A stretch of DNA of 64,000 nt, from assembly GCA_951406725.2 (NCBI GenBank), contig OX597817.1, positions 29,388,001-29,452,000 on the forward strand, written 5' to 3'. Below are positions 1-13,545 of the stretch, in pieces. The notes under the pieces are model-generated. The model worked only from the letters and a program-made list of their open reading frames with translations, did not search any database and was not told the origin of the DNA. Source of the stretch: Octopus vulgaris (taxonomy: Eukaryota). The position numbers and the translations under genes are program-made. Position 1 is the stretch's first letter, and every line of letters begins with the position of its first letter.

Positions 1-14
1 TGATGGAACATTAA

Positions 15-236
15 CCCTTTTGAAGCCCAACCCGCGTGAAACAACCTCTGGCTCTGAGTACAAACGTCTTGTTTTCAAAAGTTCTGAATTAAAATCTTCT
101 ACCAAACCTTAGTCACAATTTATGTTCCTAACACTAGGTTAATGATAACGAAGTTATTTCATTAATTTCTTTGTTGTATTTAAAATTAATTGAAAGAAAC
201 ACAGGGCATCTCAACAGAAATATGGTAACGAAAGGG
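15..236. mobile_element. Non-autonomous piggyBac-like MITE
   Basis: TTAA at 11-14 and 237-240 flank CCCTTT...AAAGGG termini (imperfect TIR CCCTTTTGAAGCC vs CCCTTTCGTTACC). TTAA TSD with CCC ends is the piggyBac signature. Confidence 0.75.
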
Positions 237-500
237 TTAATGACTTCATGTTTTTAACACTTTCAGAAGACCTGTAATTCTCATTGTTGCTGCTCCTTCC
301 TTCAAACTCAGCAAAAACAAAAACAACACCACAGTGTTCCTAATCTCTAACTTCAGACATTGACTTACTTCTATTCAAACTAACAAAACAATGTGATAAA
401 ACTAGAGCTAAAATACTTACTTTTAACAGCTTACATGACAAAAGACAGAGATTCCACCAAGTGAAATGTACAGAGCTATGAAACTTTAACTGAGAGATGC

Positions 501-851
501 TCTCTTTACTTGTTTCAGTCATTTGAATGTGGCCATGCTGGAGCACCGCCTTTAGTTGAGCAAATCGACCCCAGGACCTATTCTTTGTAAGTACTTATTC
601 TATTGGTCTCTTTTGCCAAACCGGTAAGTTACAGGGACGTAAACACACCAGCATCGGTTGTCAAGCAATGTTGGGGGACACACACATACGACGGGCTTCT
701 TTTAGTTTCCATCTACCAAATCCACTCACAAGGCTTTGGTCGGCCTGAGGCTATAGTAGAAGACACTTGCCCAAGGTGCCATGCAGTGGGACTGAACCTG
801 GAATCATGTGGTTGGTAAGCAAACTACTTACCACACAGCCACTCCTATACC
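501..851 (-). mobile_element. tRNA-derived CORE-type SINE (family A)
   Basis: Reverse complement has A box TGGCTGTGTGG, B box GGTTCAGTCCC, CORE-like CCTTGGGCAAGT and tail GGCGGTGCTCCAGCATGGCC...CTGAAACAAGTAAAG. At least 8 copies in the window. Confidence 0.9.
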
Positions 852-1542
852 TAGATATAGAAGAAAAGAAGCAATATAAAGGTCAGGAAAGAAACAATGT
901 ACAAATACTAGCACTTTTATGCTTCCATACTTGAACAAGATTTTCTTGCATCTTTGATCTTCCATCATAGGTTTGGGTTAACCAATACCTTGTGAGTAGA
1001 GTTTACTAGGTGGAAACTGTATGAGACTTTATTCATCATCAACATCCCACAGAGCAAACGCCGAACGACGAGACGGCGGCGGCAGCGACGGCAACGACGG
1101 AGGGCGGCGGTTGCTCGGATGGAGGAGACGCGGACTGGATGAGGATATGCGAGACGAGTTGCGCGGCGACGGAGCGATCAGCGGGCGTGCTCTTAGTCAT
1201 CGTCGGCGTCAGCGTCCGCGGGTGTGCGGCCTCACTGTCATTGTTGTTCCTCCTCCTCTGTGCTTCCACTTGTCGGGCTCCCTCCGCGTGTCGTCGTTGG
1301 CCGTGCGATTCGGGGCAGCAGCACTTCGCAACGATGACGGTCTGTATGTACTATTAGTTATTGTAAGTATTGTTTTATTTGTTTCAGTTATTGAGCAGCA
1401 ACAATGAAGTGACACTGGTTCCATGGGTTTAATCAGTCTTATTGACCCTTATAATTATTTGTTTCTTGTAACACTGGTATTTATTTCAGAAGCCCTATTT
1501 GTCAAACTGCTATGTAATGTGACAAGTGCAGACAATATTTTT

Positions 1543-2484
1543 GGATTTTTACCTTTTGACCGGCAGATTTGGAAAATAATTTTTTGTAACTAAACATTTT
1601 CAAACTTCGTATACTGGTAGAATGTGTCATATAAAACATCTTTTACTCTCAGCGTTTTTGAGAAAAGTTTATATTTACGAAGTTATTTTGTGTTAAATTT
1701 GGCTGTGGCCATGCTGGAGCACCCCCTTTAGTTGAGCAAACCGATCCCAGGACTTATTTTTTGTAAGCCTAGTACTTATTCTATCGGTCTCTTTCGCCGA
1801 ACTGCTAAGTTACAGGGATGTACACACACCAGCATTTTCAACCAATCAATGACATGTATTCAGTTCAATAAAATTACTGTCATTGTTTATCAAAAACAAC
1901 TTCCGGTGGTGTATATTTCATTTGTCACTGTTATTTATGACATATTTCATCTCAGTTATGTTTGTATGAATAAACGAATGTATCTGAAGCATGTTTGCTT
2001 CATGGCACCACCATAATCGTTCGTGCATTTCTACTGCTTTTAGTCTTTTTTTCCTGTTTTTCAGCTACTATTTTCGGAAAGACTTTTTTGCCCCCTACAC
2101 CTCCAATTTCTTCCTTTTTCTTTTTTTCCATAACTAACCCTAAAACCAATCCTAAAACCCTAACCCTAAAATCTTAAAGCTAAAGCCAGTACAAATGCAC
2201 AAACGATATCATAAATAACAGTGACAAATGAAAAATACACCGCCGATAGTTGTTGACAAACAACGGCAGTAATTTTATTCAGCTGAATACACGTCATTGA
2301 TTGGTTGAAATTACCGAAATACGACTATATTAACATGAAATAACTTCGTAAATATAAACTTTTCTCAAAAACGCTAAGAGTAAAAGATGTTTTATATGAC
2401 ACATTCTACCAACGTCCGAAGTTTGAAAGTGTTTAATTTACAAAAAATTAATTTCTCGATCTGCCGTTCAAAGGGAAAAGATCC
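1543..2484. mobile_element. Long-TIR (foldback) non-autonomous DNA transposon of the GGATC-end family, with a SINE-A fragment at about 1700-1835
   Basis: About 1543-1945 (minus the SINE piece) is the reverse complement of about 2205-2484. Ends GGATTTTTACC...GGAAAAGATCC are related to the short GGATC MITEs. Internal CCCTAA-like repeats at 2130-2170. Confidence 0.8.
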
Positions 2485-2749
2485 CATTTTTTTTTTATAG
2501 CAGTATCAATAATATAGATATAGTGATATAGAGACTGACATATATAAACTTATACACATGCATGTATGCACACATATGTGCACACATACATGGTGGGCAT
2601 TTGCACAGCTTCAGTCTACCAATTTCACTCACAAGGCAATGGCCAGCCCAAGGCTAGAGAAGGCTTTTGCTAAAGTGCCATAAAGTGAAGCAACCATATA
2701 TTTGCTAAGTGAACTTTCTAACCACAAACCCATTCTTGCACTTAGTGCA

Positions 2750-3470
2750 AATATGTATGTGTGTATGTATGTATGTATGTGTGTATGCATGTGTGTGTGT
2801 ATGTGTGTTTGTAAGCATGTGTATGTGTATGCATGCATGCATGCATGTGTGTATGCATGTATACATATATGTATGTATGAATGCATGCATGCATGTGTGT
2901 GCATGCATGTGTGTATGTATGTGTGTATGTGTGTATGCATGTGTGTATGTATGTATGCATGCATGTATGCATGTATGCATATATGTATGCATGAATGCAT
3001 GCCTGTATGTATGCATGTATGTATGTGTGTGTGTGCATTCATGTGTGTATGTATGTGTGTATGCATGTATGTATGCATGTATGTGTGTATGCATGAATGC
3101 ATGCATGTATGTATGTATGTGTGTGCATGCATGTGTATGTATATGTGTATGTATGTGCGTATGTATGTTTGTATGTATGTATGTGTGTGTATGTATGTGT
3201 GTATGTATGCATGTGTGTATGCATGTATGTGTGTACGTACGTGTGTATGTGTGTATGTGTGCATGTGCGTGTTTGTGTTTAGTGAGCAGCAACCACATCT
3301 TGGATACTCTCATTGACTATGTCCCACTACTATGTCTGTGTATGCGCATGAGTTTGTATGTGTGCATGAGAGAGTGTGTATGAGTGTGTGTGTGTGTGTG
3401 TGTGCGTGTGTGCATGTGTATGAGTGAGTGTATATATGCATGAGTTTGTGTGTGTGTGTGTGTGTGCTTG
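2750..3470. repeat. Compound ATGT/GCAT/GT microsatellite
   Basis: Seen directly; produces the His/Thr and Cys/Met/Val ORFs in all frames. Confidence 0.95.
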
Positions 3471-3849
3471 TTTGAGCCTGTATGTATCTTTTTGCAGACA
3501 TATATTGGCAAAAGATTTTAAAATACCAGGGAACAAACCTGAAAAGCATAATGCTTTAAGAATTAAATCCGCAGAGATACACCGTTACTGGCTTCCCTTT
3601 ATCACTTGCAACCAGAAACTAGATTCAGTGAACCAGCAATTGGAAACTTATAACCAACGATGCTGATGTTCGCAATTTGCAATATAAAATAAAATGATGA
3701 AATAAAGTTAAGAGAATACGCATAAGTAAAAAAAAAAAAAAGTATTATTTTACAATTTCATACCTGCCTTAACACAGCATTATACCTTTTTTACGAAAGA
3801 AATTATTTCCACTTTCCTATATGATTTTACATGATGGAAACACAAAGGC

Positions 3850-4460
3850 CATCATCACCATCATCATCATTATCATCATCAACATTTAATGTCTGTTTTC
3901 TGTACTGGTATTGGTTGGATGGTTTGACAAGATCTGAGAAGCTGCAGGGCTGCGTCAGCTCCAACATCAGCATTGTCATGAATTCTACAGTTGGGTGCCC
4001 TTCCTAAAGCCAGCCAATTTACAATGTGTGTTGGGCCCTTTTTTCATGTCGCCAGCACTCGTGAGGTTGCCAAGTAACTTGCCAGACAGGAAAAGAAAAG
4101 GAAAACAGTGCCCTTGATTAAGTAGTGGTGGTAGTGGGTGGGAGGAGTATTTGAGATGAGGAGGTGGTTTCGGGAGGTTAAAATATGAAAGGGTGTCATA
4201 TGCTGGGTCCCTTGCTATAGAGGAGACACATGGCTACTCTGTGTTATATAAGGATGGGGAGGAATAGCTCAGAAGAAAAATGAGATGGTGGTGATGGGGT
4301 GCTGGAGTAAACCCTCCAGGACCAAGGAGGTGAGTATGAGAGGATATTGACAGTGGGTCATGAGGGGGGGAAAAAGAGTGGGAGGAAAGTACCAGATGGT
4401 TTGAGATGATGGGTAGAAGCAAATGTAGTGAGTGCTGAATAGAGATAGAGGGTGCAACTT
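3850..4460 (-). mobile_element. Decayed RTE-type 3' UTR and tail
   Basis: (CAT)n run followed by the degenerate reverse complement of the GGAAGGGCATCCAGCTGTAG...GACGTTAAA tail seen at 25.7 kb and 23.6 kb. Confidence 0.55.
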
Positions 4461-4489
4461 GATAAAATATATTAGGTTGTTTCACATGA

Positions 4490-5405
4490 AATGTATTTGA
4501 AAGGTAACAATAAAATGTTTCAAAAGTGTTAAAGGACTGATTTATTTATTCAATGTATGATCCAAGTTTATGTATGATGTTTACCCAATGTTTCTCTCTG
4601 TCATATGTTCTATCTTTAAAAAAAAAGAATTCATCTTTTGCTGTGATAAACTGTCCGAATGCTTCAATTACCTCTTCTCTATTTAAGAATGTTTTATTGC
4701 TTATGAAAAGCTCAAAATGCTTAAATAAGTGATGATGAGTAGGAGAGATATCAGGGAAATAGGGAGGATGTTGCAAAATCTCATAATTCAGGCTTTGCAA
4801 CTTTTGTACCATACCTTGAGGTGTGTGAGGACATGCATTATTGTGGAGCAAAATTGGGCCATCTCTATTCACTAGTCTGGGTTGCTTCATTTACAAAGTC
4901 TCATGCATGCAATAAATTTTCTGTCAATACGATTTTGCTGTTACCATTTTTCCTTATTGCAAAAATGAATAATGAATAACTCACTTCACAGACCACCATA
5001 CAGTGACCACTAACTTCTTAGGGTGCAATGGTGGGTTTGGGTGTTTCTGTATCTAATTACTGTCCTGTTCTGCTATTGTCAAAGAGTATCTATTTCTGAT
5101 CACAAGTAATAATTTGATGCAAAAGTGGTCTTTTTTCAGCCGAGAAAACAATAAGGAGCACACTTCGAGACGTCTGTTTTTTTAAATCTAGTTCAGCTGA
5201 TGTGGAACAAACCTATCTGTTTTCTTGACTTTTCCAATTTTTTACAGGTGTCCAAAAACAGTTATGCGAGATGTTTGGAGTTCTGATGAAATTTTTTGAA
5301 CCTTTGTTCTTGGATTTCGTTCAACCAAAGCATTTAATCCATCATGCCGAATAACTGATTTTGGCCTAGCCCTTGGTTTATTTTCAAGGCTATCATCTCT
5401 GAACA
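4490..5405 (-). mobile_element. mariner (DD34D-type) transposase fossil
   Basis: Minus-strand peptides SLENKPRARPKS...VERNPRT (HTH), PILLHNNACPH and HPPYFPDISPTHHHLFKHF (decayed HDNARPH and YSPDLAPSDY motifs), with stops and frameshifts. Confidence 0.85.
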
Positions 5406-6360
5406 GTTCTGATGTCAACAAAACCCTTACCAAAGGCCTGCTTGATATTCTGTAGAATAGTCTTGAAAAGGTTGCAAGACGCAATGAAAATTTTAGGAAA
5501 ATAAAATAAGAAATAAGTGGAAATTTTACCTGTGTGTGTGTGTGTGTGTGTGTTAAATTATAAGGTACAAAAAGAAAATGACTCTCCCCAGACACAACAG
5601 CTTATCAAACATGTTGAGCTAAATAAAGAGGTTAGGTGATGCCTGGAGGTGGAGATTAGAACCTTTGTGTGATGTAGTTGATGGCTAATTTGAATTGCAG
5701 TACAATATTCAGAAGGGAAACACTGGCAGGTTGTAATTTATAGAGAATGCACTTCTGATAAGTTAGTATTAACCATAATGATTAGGAAAAGATCTGGAAG
5801 GTGAGAATAAGAAGGGATTAGAGGTAAATATAGACAGAAAGTTCAGGTGCAAGTTCACTTATTAGCAATTATAATAAATGTATATTGTTGTTCACAAATA
5901 TTCTTTAAATTGTTTATGCCAAGATATATGCCATGTCATTGCAGATATAGTTTCATTGAACATTTTAAGTGGGATTTCTAGGAAACTGCACAATACATCA
6001 CAAATACTAACTGCAAAAAAGCTCCAATGTATAACCCTCTAGATGGTTTGGTCGAGATTATTTATATTCCTCATTTGTAATTTAATTTTCTTATTCTTGT
6101 AGAAAACACTGTATCTACTTAATGCTAACAGCAAGTAAATTAAGAGCAGGAGATGATGAAAATTTATTATGAGGTATATAGCAGAAATAAATCTTAACAC
6201 TGAGTTGTTAGCGAAGAGATTACATCACTCATAGTATTTTACAATAATCTAAAAGTTACAGAACATGACAAGAAGTGGATGATTCTGAAATGACAAACAC
6301 TATTGAAGAATTGTAACAAAGCTAACTTGAAGATGAAGTGTGGTAGAATACTCAATAAAA

Positions 6361-6787
6361 GTAGGAGTGGCTGTGTGGTAAGTAACTTGCTTACCAACCA
6401 CATGGTTCCAGGTTCAGTCCCACTGTACTGCACATTGGACAAGTGTCTTCTACCATAACCTCAGGCTGACCAAAGCGTTGTGAGTGGATTTGGTAGATGG
6501 AAACTGAAAGAAGCCTGTCGTATATATGTATATGTATACATACATATGTGTGTGTGTGTGTGTGTGTGTTTGTGTCTCGGTGTTTGTCTCCCCTGCCCAA
6601 CATCGCTTGACAACAAATGCTGGTGTGTTTACGTCCCCGTAACTTAGCCGTTAGGCAAAAGAGACCAATAGAATAAGTACTAGGCTTACAAAGAATAAGT
6701 CCTGGGGTTGATTTGCTCGACTGAAGGCAGTGCTCCAGCATGGCCACAGTCAAATGACTGAAACAAGTAAAAGAGAGTAAAAGAGAG
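6361..6787 (+). mobile_element. SINE family A, full length
   Basis: A/B boxes, CORE-like segment, internal TA/TG microsatellite, tail ending in AGTAAAAGAG repeats. Confidence 0.92.
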
Positions 6788-6896
6788 CAAAAGTTACAAT
6801 ATCCAGATAAAAATTCAAATGCAGACAGTGTCCAATACTAAACTAAGCACCAACTGGACAAAATTTGCTTCAAAAGGCAAACGGAAGAATGTATTA

Positions 6897-7086
6897 CCTC
6901 TGTATACATATCACTGTTAATATATCACTATATTTGACTGCCGTAAAATAAGTCTGCATAAACGTAAACAAGGAAATGTTAACTACAGGTTTCCTGTTGT
7001 TTATACTTTCTAGTTTAACTTTCTGCAGACTTATTGTATGGAAGTCAAATCTAGTGATGTATTAATCGTGATATGTACACAAAGTG
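6897..7086. repeat. Imperfect inverted repeat of about 190 bp (decayed MITE or hairpin)
   Basis: TACATATCACTGTTAATATATCACTATATTTGACTGCCGTAAAATAAGTCTGCA pairs with TGCAGACTTATTGTATGGAAGTCAAATCTAGTGATGTATTAATCGTGATATGTA. Confidence 0.75.
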
Positions 7087-8292
7087 TTAGAGTACATAAG
7101 CATAATAAACAAACCAAAAAAAAAAAAAACTGCAGTGTACAAATACAGATAAGAAAAACAGAATAAATAAGAATGATAGCCATTTGAATTATTTTATTAT
7201 AATATTTTCTCTCATCTGTTGCTTTTTCTCTAACAGACTATATTATAGATTAAGCTAAAGCTTATGTATACTTTTCAAGAAAAAACACAGAAACATTTCT
7301 AGTGAAAAATTCAATCAAAACTATTTACTCTGCATAATATACCATTGTCAAATCTATGCTTTTACTCCAGCTATTTATCAAAGAACCATGTAACATTTTG
7401 TGTATGCATTTATATACACGTACATGTATAAGTGCACATGTGTGTACATGTGTATGTATGTATACTTTACATATATGCACACGTCTTATTGCAAAAATTG
7501 AATTATTACATGTCACTAACAGTAATTTTTGTTTGTTATTCTTTGAAGTAGTTTTGACAAAAGACATAAAAAAAAAGCACACACATTTTTTTTTTAATCT
7601 GCAGGGAGATATATTAAAACAAAGAAAATGATTAGTTTAAACTTTGTCTGTAATAAATAACGTCAAAATGTTTGTACTGTCACTGTAATTTGTTTTTACT
7701 GTCCTAGTACCTATCAACTCCACATTCTAAATTGTGATTTCAAACCAGTTCAACACCATATAGTGTGCATAATATACTGAGAACTTACTTATTGAACATG
7801 CTTTAGCTCTCCTGACAGAGAAGCAAATATATTAACATACAATGTTTTCTTAGTCAAGCAAAAATACATTGGAAAAACAAACAGTACTTTTATTCTAAGT
7901 GGCTTATGTTACCAAGCTGATGTTTGAAAGATCAGAGAATTTAGACAGTTACAAAACGTTTATTTTAGAATTTGGAATGTGGATTTTCGAAATCTATTGT
8001 GTCACTGACACTATGCTATATCCATTAAATTCTGATTCTATAATTGGTCATGAATTGCCATTCAAAGACCCCAAGATGCAAATGGTACCTAAAAATAGGA
8101 ACAAGTTACTGCTGTAAGTGGTAGCTCTTTAGAATTAGCTTGCAGTACTGACTTCAATTCCTTCCATATGACGTTTACGGAAAATGAGATGTGCTAAGTT
8201 GAAATGTCTAACATGCCATGTGTTTCCACACCACCACCTGGTTCTTATGTGCCTGTAGCAGAATTCATTCTTTTGCAAACATTCAGATCATA

Positions 8293-8687
8293 GGCCCCGG
8301 ATTGGCTGTGTGGTAAGTAGCTTGCTAACCAACCACATGGTTCCGGGTTCACTCCCACTGCGTGGCATCTTGGGCAAGTGTCTTCTACTATAGCACCGGG
8401 CCGACCAATGCCTTGTGAGTGGATTTGGTAGACGGAAACTGAAAGAAGCCCATCGTATATATATGTATGTGTGTGCGTGTATGTTTGTGTTTGTCCCCCT
8501 AGCATTGCTTACCAACCGATGCTGGTGTGTTTACGTCCCCATCACTTAGCGATTTGGCAAAAGAGACCGATAGAATAAGTACTGGGCTTACAAAGAATAA
8601 CTCCTGGGGTCGATTTGCTCGACTAAAGGCGGTGCTCCAGCATGGCTACAGTCAAATGACTGAAACAAGTAAAAGAGTAAAAGAGAG
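8293..8687 (+). mobile_element. SINE family A, full length
   Basis: Same architecture as the other copies. Confidence 0.92.
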
Positions 8688-10035
8688 TATATACTTGTAC
8701 CCTCTTGGACCACATTTTTCTTTCAGGTATTGGTCTGCATGTAGGTATCAATATTGTTAATCTCACAACCCTGGACAACCTCCAGAAGTCATGAGTGCAA
8801 CCCACTTCTTTGCCTGGTTAACCTACAAGCGAAACTCTGACTTGCCCTTGATACAGAAATGTGAACCTTTCAGTACTGTCCCCTTCAACACAATTAGGTT
8901 ACAAGACTCATCAACTTCTGTCATAATCTCTTGGAGCAAATATATCTTATAATTATAATCCTCTACAGTACCAAGTATTCTGAATCCTAATCAATTAAAC
9001 TTTGTAATTGAATAGTATGAAATTTCCTTTGCATCAGTAATGTTCTTTTAGAAAGTAATGTTAGAAGGTGTGTTGACTTATAGTTTCAGGTTGGGTTTTG
9101 CAGGAGTTTAAATACAGTATGTGTAGAAATTAATTATGAATAGATATTTGATAATACCAAGTGACATGACAGATAATTGATGAAATGGATATCATAAGAC
9201 TATAGAGCAAGACAAGCAGATCTGATTACAGTGTGTTGCAGCTGCTGATATTTTTACCTCAGTTAGTTGTCTATTTCATTGATAAAATAAAAGTAAAAGG
9301 CTGCAAAACAACTTTCCGCTATTTTGTCCAGTTATTAGTAGTGTAATTTATTGCATGATAACAACTATTAGGTTTCTCTTTTTCTTCTCCCTCTCTTCAT
9401 CAACCACAACATCTCAACAGCAGCAACACCAACAACATATACAGAACATCAATTTTTTTTTTCAGTACTGGTTATAAGTTACATCGGTCATTTACTTTGT
9501 AATTCTTCTGCAAAACCTAATATTTAAACTTGTAATTAACTTGACATAATTTTTGCCTCAATGAATCACAACGTACTTTTCTTTTATATCTCCGCCCATT
9601 TTTTATTGCTAGCTATCACTCTCTCTCTCCTCAATTATTTCTTCTCTATCACTCATTATTGACATCTATCTATCACAACCCATAACATCCACTTTCGTAT
9701 CATCACTCATCTTTTCTGCTATCCATTATTCTCTCTCACATTACTCCATCACATGATTTATTGTTTACAACTATTTCTTCTTCCTATATTCTTTCACTTT
9801 CACTCTCTTACTCTTATAACTCTGGTTCTCTTCAATTATCCTCACTTCTGTCATACTTTCACTCCAAATGTCTTCCATCCCTCTCTTTTACTTCCAAGGG
9901 ATGAGACAACCTTTGGGTGCTCTTACTGGTGAACAAATAAATGGAAGCAATATAGGGTAGAAAGTACCTTTTAGTCATACATACAATAAGAGCTTTAGTC
10001 ATATATACAATAAGATCTTTAGTGTGGTGCCTCTA

Positions 10036-10540
10036 TCAGATGTACCCAGTAAATCCTGCAAAGTTTTTGGTAAACAAGCACAATATAGGGCAAAGAGGCT
10101 CTTTCAATTTTGTTGCAGATAAAGATGGCTGATGCCATATGAAAGGAACCCAATACACTGAGTAAGGTGGTTGGCAGATAAATGGGGACAAGATAGTAAA
10201 GGGAGGACTTTTAGTTTTGCCAGGCACAAGATGCTCTCTCTCATGCTTGTGCTGTCGCAATAAGATGTACTCAGTAAATTTGGTAAAGCGATTGGTATTA
10301 GGAAGGATGTTCAGTTGAAGAAGTCATGACAAAAAAAATAGTGTACAAGTGAGATATGGTCACTAGCTTCTCTAAGAAGGCAATATCTTTGAATAAGCTG
10401 ACTTGGTAATGATATGAGCAACCTGTGCTAGCATAGAAAAGCAGACATAAACACAACGAGGATCCTCCTCCTCCTCACCACCACCACTACCACCAACAAC
10501 AACAATGACAACAGCAACATCATCATCATCATCATCGTCG
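10036..10540 (+). mobile_element. Decayed RTE-type tail
   Basis: TTGGTATTAGGAAGGATG and CCTGTGCTAGCATAGAAAAGCAGACAT match the RTE-tail family, followed by trinucleotide repeats. Confidence 0.5.
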
Positions 10541-13349
10541 TCATCGTGGACGTCATTTCCATATTACCACCTTTATTATCAGAACCATCTTTACCTCATT
10601 GCCTAGAAATTGTCTTTGTTCATTATTTTGGGGTTTGAAATGTAACAAAATATTTAAAACAAATTCTTCCTTTATTCTTATTAAATCTTAAACCATCTTT
10701 ATTGCATGCATCATGCAATCACATTGAGAATCAAAATACTTTGGTCTAATTTTGAAAGTTGGACAAAAGCCGTTATCTTGAATGTAGAATAAACATAATT
10801 ATACTATATTAGGGTTGTATAGTTTCAATGACATGTTATGTGCTCCATACTCCATTTTCTCTAATAAAAGTGTTTTAAATCTTGGAATATTGAAACAAGG
10901 TAAAATATATAAACCAGCATTTTGTCTTCCACACATCTATTTTCAGTCCTGTATCTCACACCTGCTCTGTAATGGAATTTTCAACAATTTTAATAATAAA
11001 AATAAAACAATATCAAAATGTTAAGTAATGTTAACAATCATTGCCATTCTTAGAAAAGTTATAGCTTCACCTTGAAACCATTCTTTCTTAAATTTTTCAG
11101 TTTGTTAGTTCAAGAAACAAGAGCTGAGCTCATTCTTCAATAAAACATTTTCTTTTGAAAATTGAATAATCAAGGGCCATTAATATAGCTAATGTTTAAT
11201 TTATTTCTTAAGTTGCACAAGCAGTAATTTATTAACCATTGTACTATTCCACCAGTACAATACACATGTTCACTAATATTGTATAAATTATAACCTGAAG
11301 CAATTTAATACGCTGGCTTAAAAGTTATGGCTAAGGTAGTTTCAACTGTTGAATGTCAGACAAATTTCCTTCACCATATAGTTTACTGAATGTTTTACAC
11401 CATGCTGTACAGTCTTTTATTGATGGGTTTTAACTTTTATCCTTCTCAGGGTTAAAAGGGTTTAGTATATCACTGATGGACTTATCCCGCACGGTGTTAA
11501 TGAAATAAGGGTATTGCTTTAACAATATGGTTAGTTAGACTATATCTTATCCAACAATATCTTATCTTGCAATAAAGTGGTTAATGATGAAGAAATTTCA
11601 ATTGCATTTAGATTGGAAAATCTCTCAAAAAATTTGGAAATCACTTATCTTTATTAGAAAGTACTTTTCCTTATTAAATTTAAACAACCGTATCTGAACA
11701 AATCAAGAAACAGTGTGGCATTAAATATACTGAAATATATTTATACACAATCTGTACTCTGTCTATACGATATAGGTCCAGTTCTTCACTATGGCAGCAA
11801 ATCCGGAAATTGATATGTCAAATAAATATTTTTGTAAAAATGACAAATGAACATAAAACAAACAAATGTGGAAATAATTTAACTCATAATATGAATAATC
11901 AAAAAGATGTTTGACTGTTTCTGAAAAATTTTTATGATCCAAAGTATTGATGGTAGAGAAAAAAATCTTAAAAATCATGCAATGCTGGTGATATATTAAT
12001 TTAAGTGTTATATTGACAGCAATAGTCAGTGGGGGAGAAAAAAACCAGATGATTAATCTAATAACAAGATTATTTTCTAGTCAATATGCTGTGTCTTTAA
12101 TCAATAGAAATGCTAATTGTAAAATTAAGTGAAGCATAATAAGTTGTCAGATCAATGAATCATTAAACTAATAGATTTGAAATCTGAAGTAAGTGGATAT
12201 AATGGCAAATTGGTGGAGATGTTTGACTTTCAACTTCTGTCTGCAAAATTATTTATAAAAGACAAAAGTAATCCAATTGGTTTACTTAAAGTTTTTGTAA
12301 CAGACTCAAACCTTAAACTGTGCTTTAGATTAAGTTGTGGCTTTTGCCATAGCAGTGCTGTTTATAAGACATTTATATATTTTGAAAACAGTCATTGAAA
12401 ATGATATTATAAAGAATGTGAACTGTGATTATAAAAACTGAAAAAGAAAATAACTTTATAAATAATATAATGTAGTTGTTTCATTTTGTTCTTTAAGGCC
12501 AAATATTATTTGAGAGACTTGTATCAAATTTAATTAACCACCTGTATTATAACTGATGCTTATTACTTATTTCCAGCCATTTATCTAGTGGATGGAGTCA
12601 AAGTCTACCTGGACAGAGTTCAGACTGAAAGGAACAAAACAAACTACTGTAACTGTAGTGCTTTTAGTTCAGTTTTCTAATTATTTGGTAGTTACCATTT
12701 CTGAGAAAATGTCTTAAAAGTTATTACAGAAAATAATAGCAAGTTAACAAAAAAATGACATAATAAATATGATTAAAAATTATTTTCTTTCACCAGGGAG
12801 ATGGAGAAATATATAAAAAAAAGATGGATCTAAAGAAACAAGGATTTTTATTCTTATTCATCTGTTAAGAGAAAAGTACCTTCACAATTAAAAAACTAGA
12901 AAAGAATACATCATATAGCTAGAAAAAGTTCCTATATTGCCATTACAAATCAGAGACCAAAATACTAATATAGCCCAGCAAAACCATTCACTGGAGCTCT
13001 GTTGAAAATTTGTTCACCACATAACATCAGCTTCACAATTTTGATGATTGTCAGTTAACTGTGTCAAGTTAAAATAGTAAATGCATTCTTTTTGGATATC
13101 CCTGAAAATAAATCTTTCAACAAAATTGATGACTATATATACGGGGAAAAAAAGGTAATATTACAAAATTGTTATAGAAAACAGGTGGTCAGGACAACTG
13201 CCACAAACAGGAATATCAACACAAAGAAACCAAAGTACCCAGTTACTAGAGAAGGAATGGTGTTGATTACAACATAATATAATAATCAAAAAGTGTGCAG
13301 AACATGGCAAAAAGTAGCTGGTTTTACCATTTGTCTCAAATTTTGGCAA

Positions 13350-13545
13350 AAAGCCAGCAATTTTTGGGAAGGGATTAAGTCAATCATATTGGCCCCATTG
13401 CTCAACTGGTACTTATTCTGTTGACTCTAAAGGAATGACGGCAAAGTCAACCTTGGTGGAATTTGAACTCAGAATGTAAAGTTGGATGAAATGCTGCTAA
13501 ACATTTTGCCTGACAAGCTAATGATTCTGCCATCTCATCGCCTTA
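13350..13545 (-). mobile_element. SINE family B, decayed
   Basis: GGCAAAGTCAACCTTGGTGGAATTTGAACTCAGAA is the reverse complement of the family B B-box region. Confidence 0.75.

Noticed and set aside
603-818. Recurrent peptide YQIHSQGFGRPEAIVEDTCPRCHAVGLN
   Set aside because: Antisense translation of SINE family A, not a gene family.
2629-3549. Long His/Thr- and Cys/Met/Val-rich ORFs (up to 224 aa)
   Set aside because: Translations of ATGT/GT microsatellite; the same applies at 51.2-51.7 kb and 57.5-57.9 kb.
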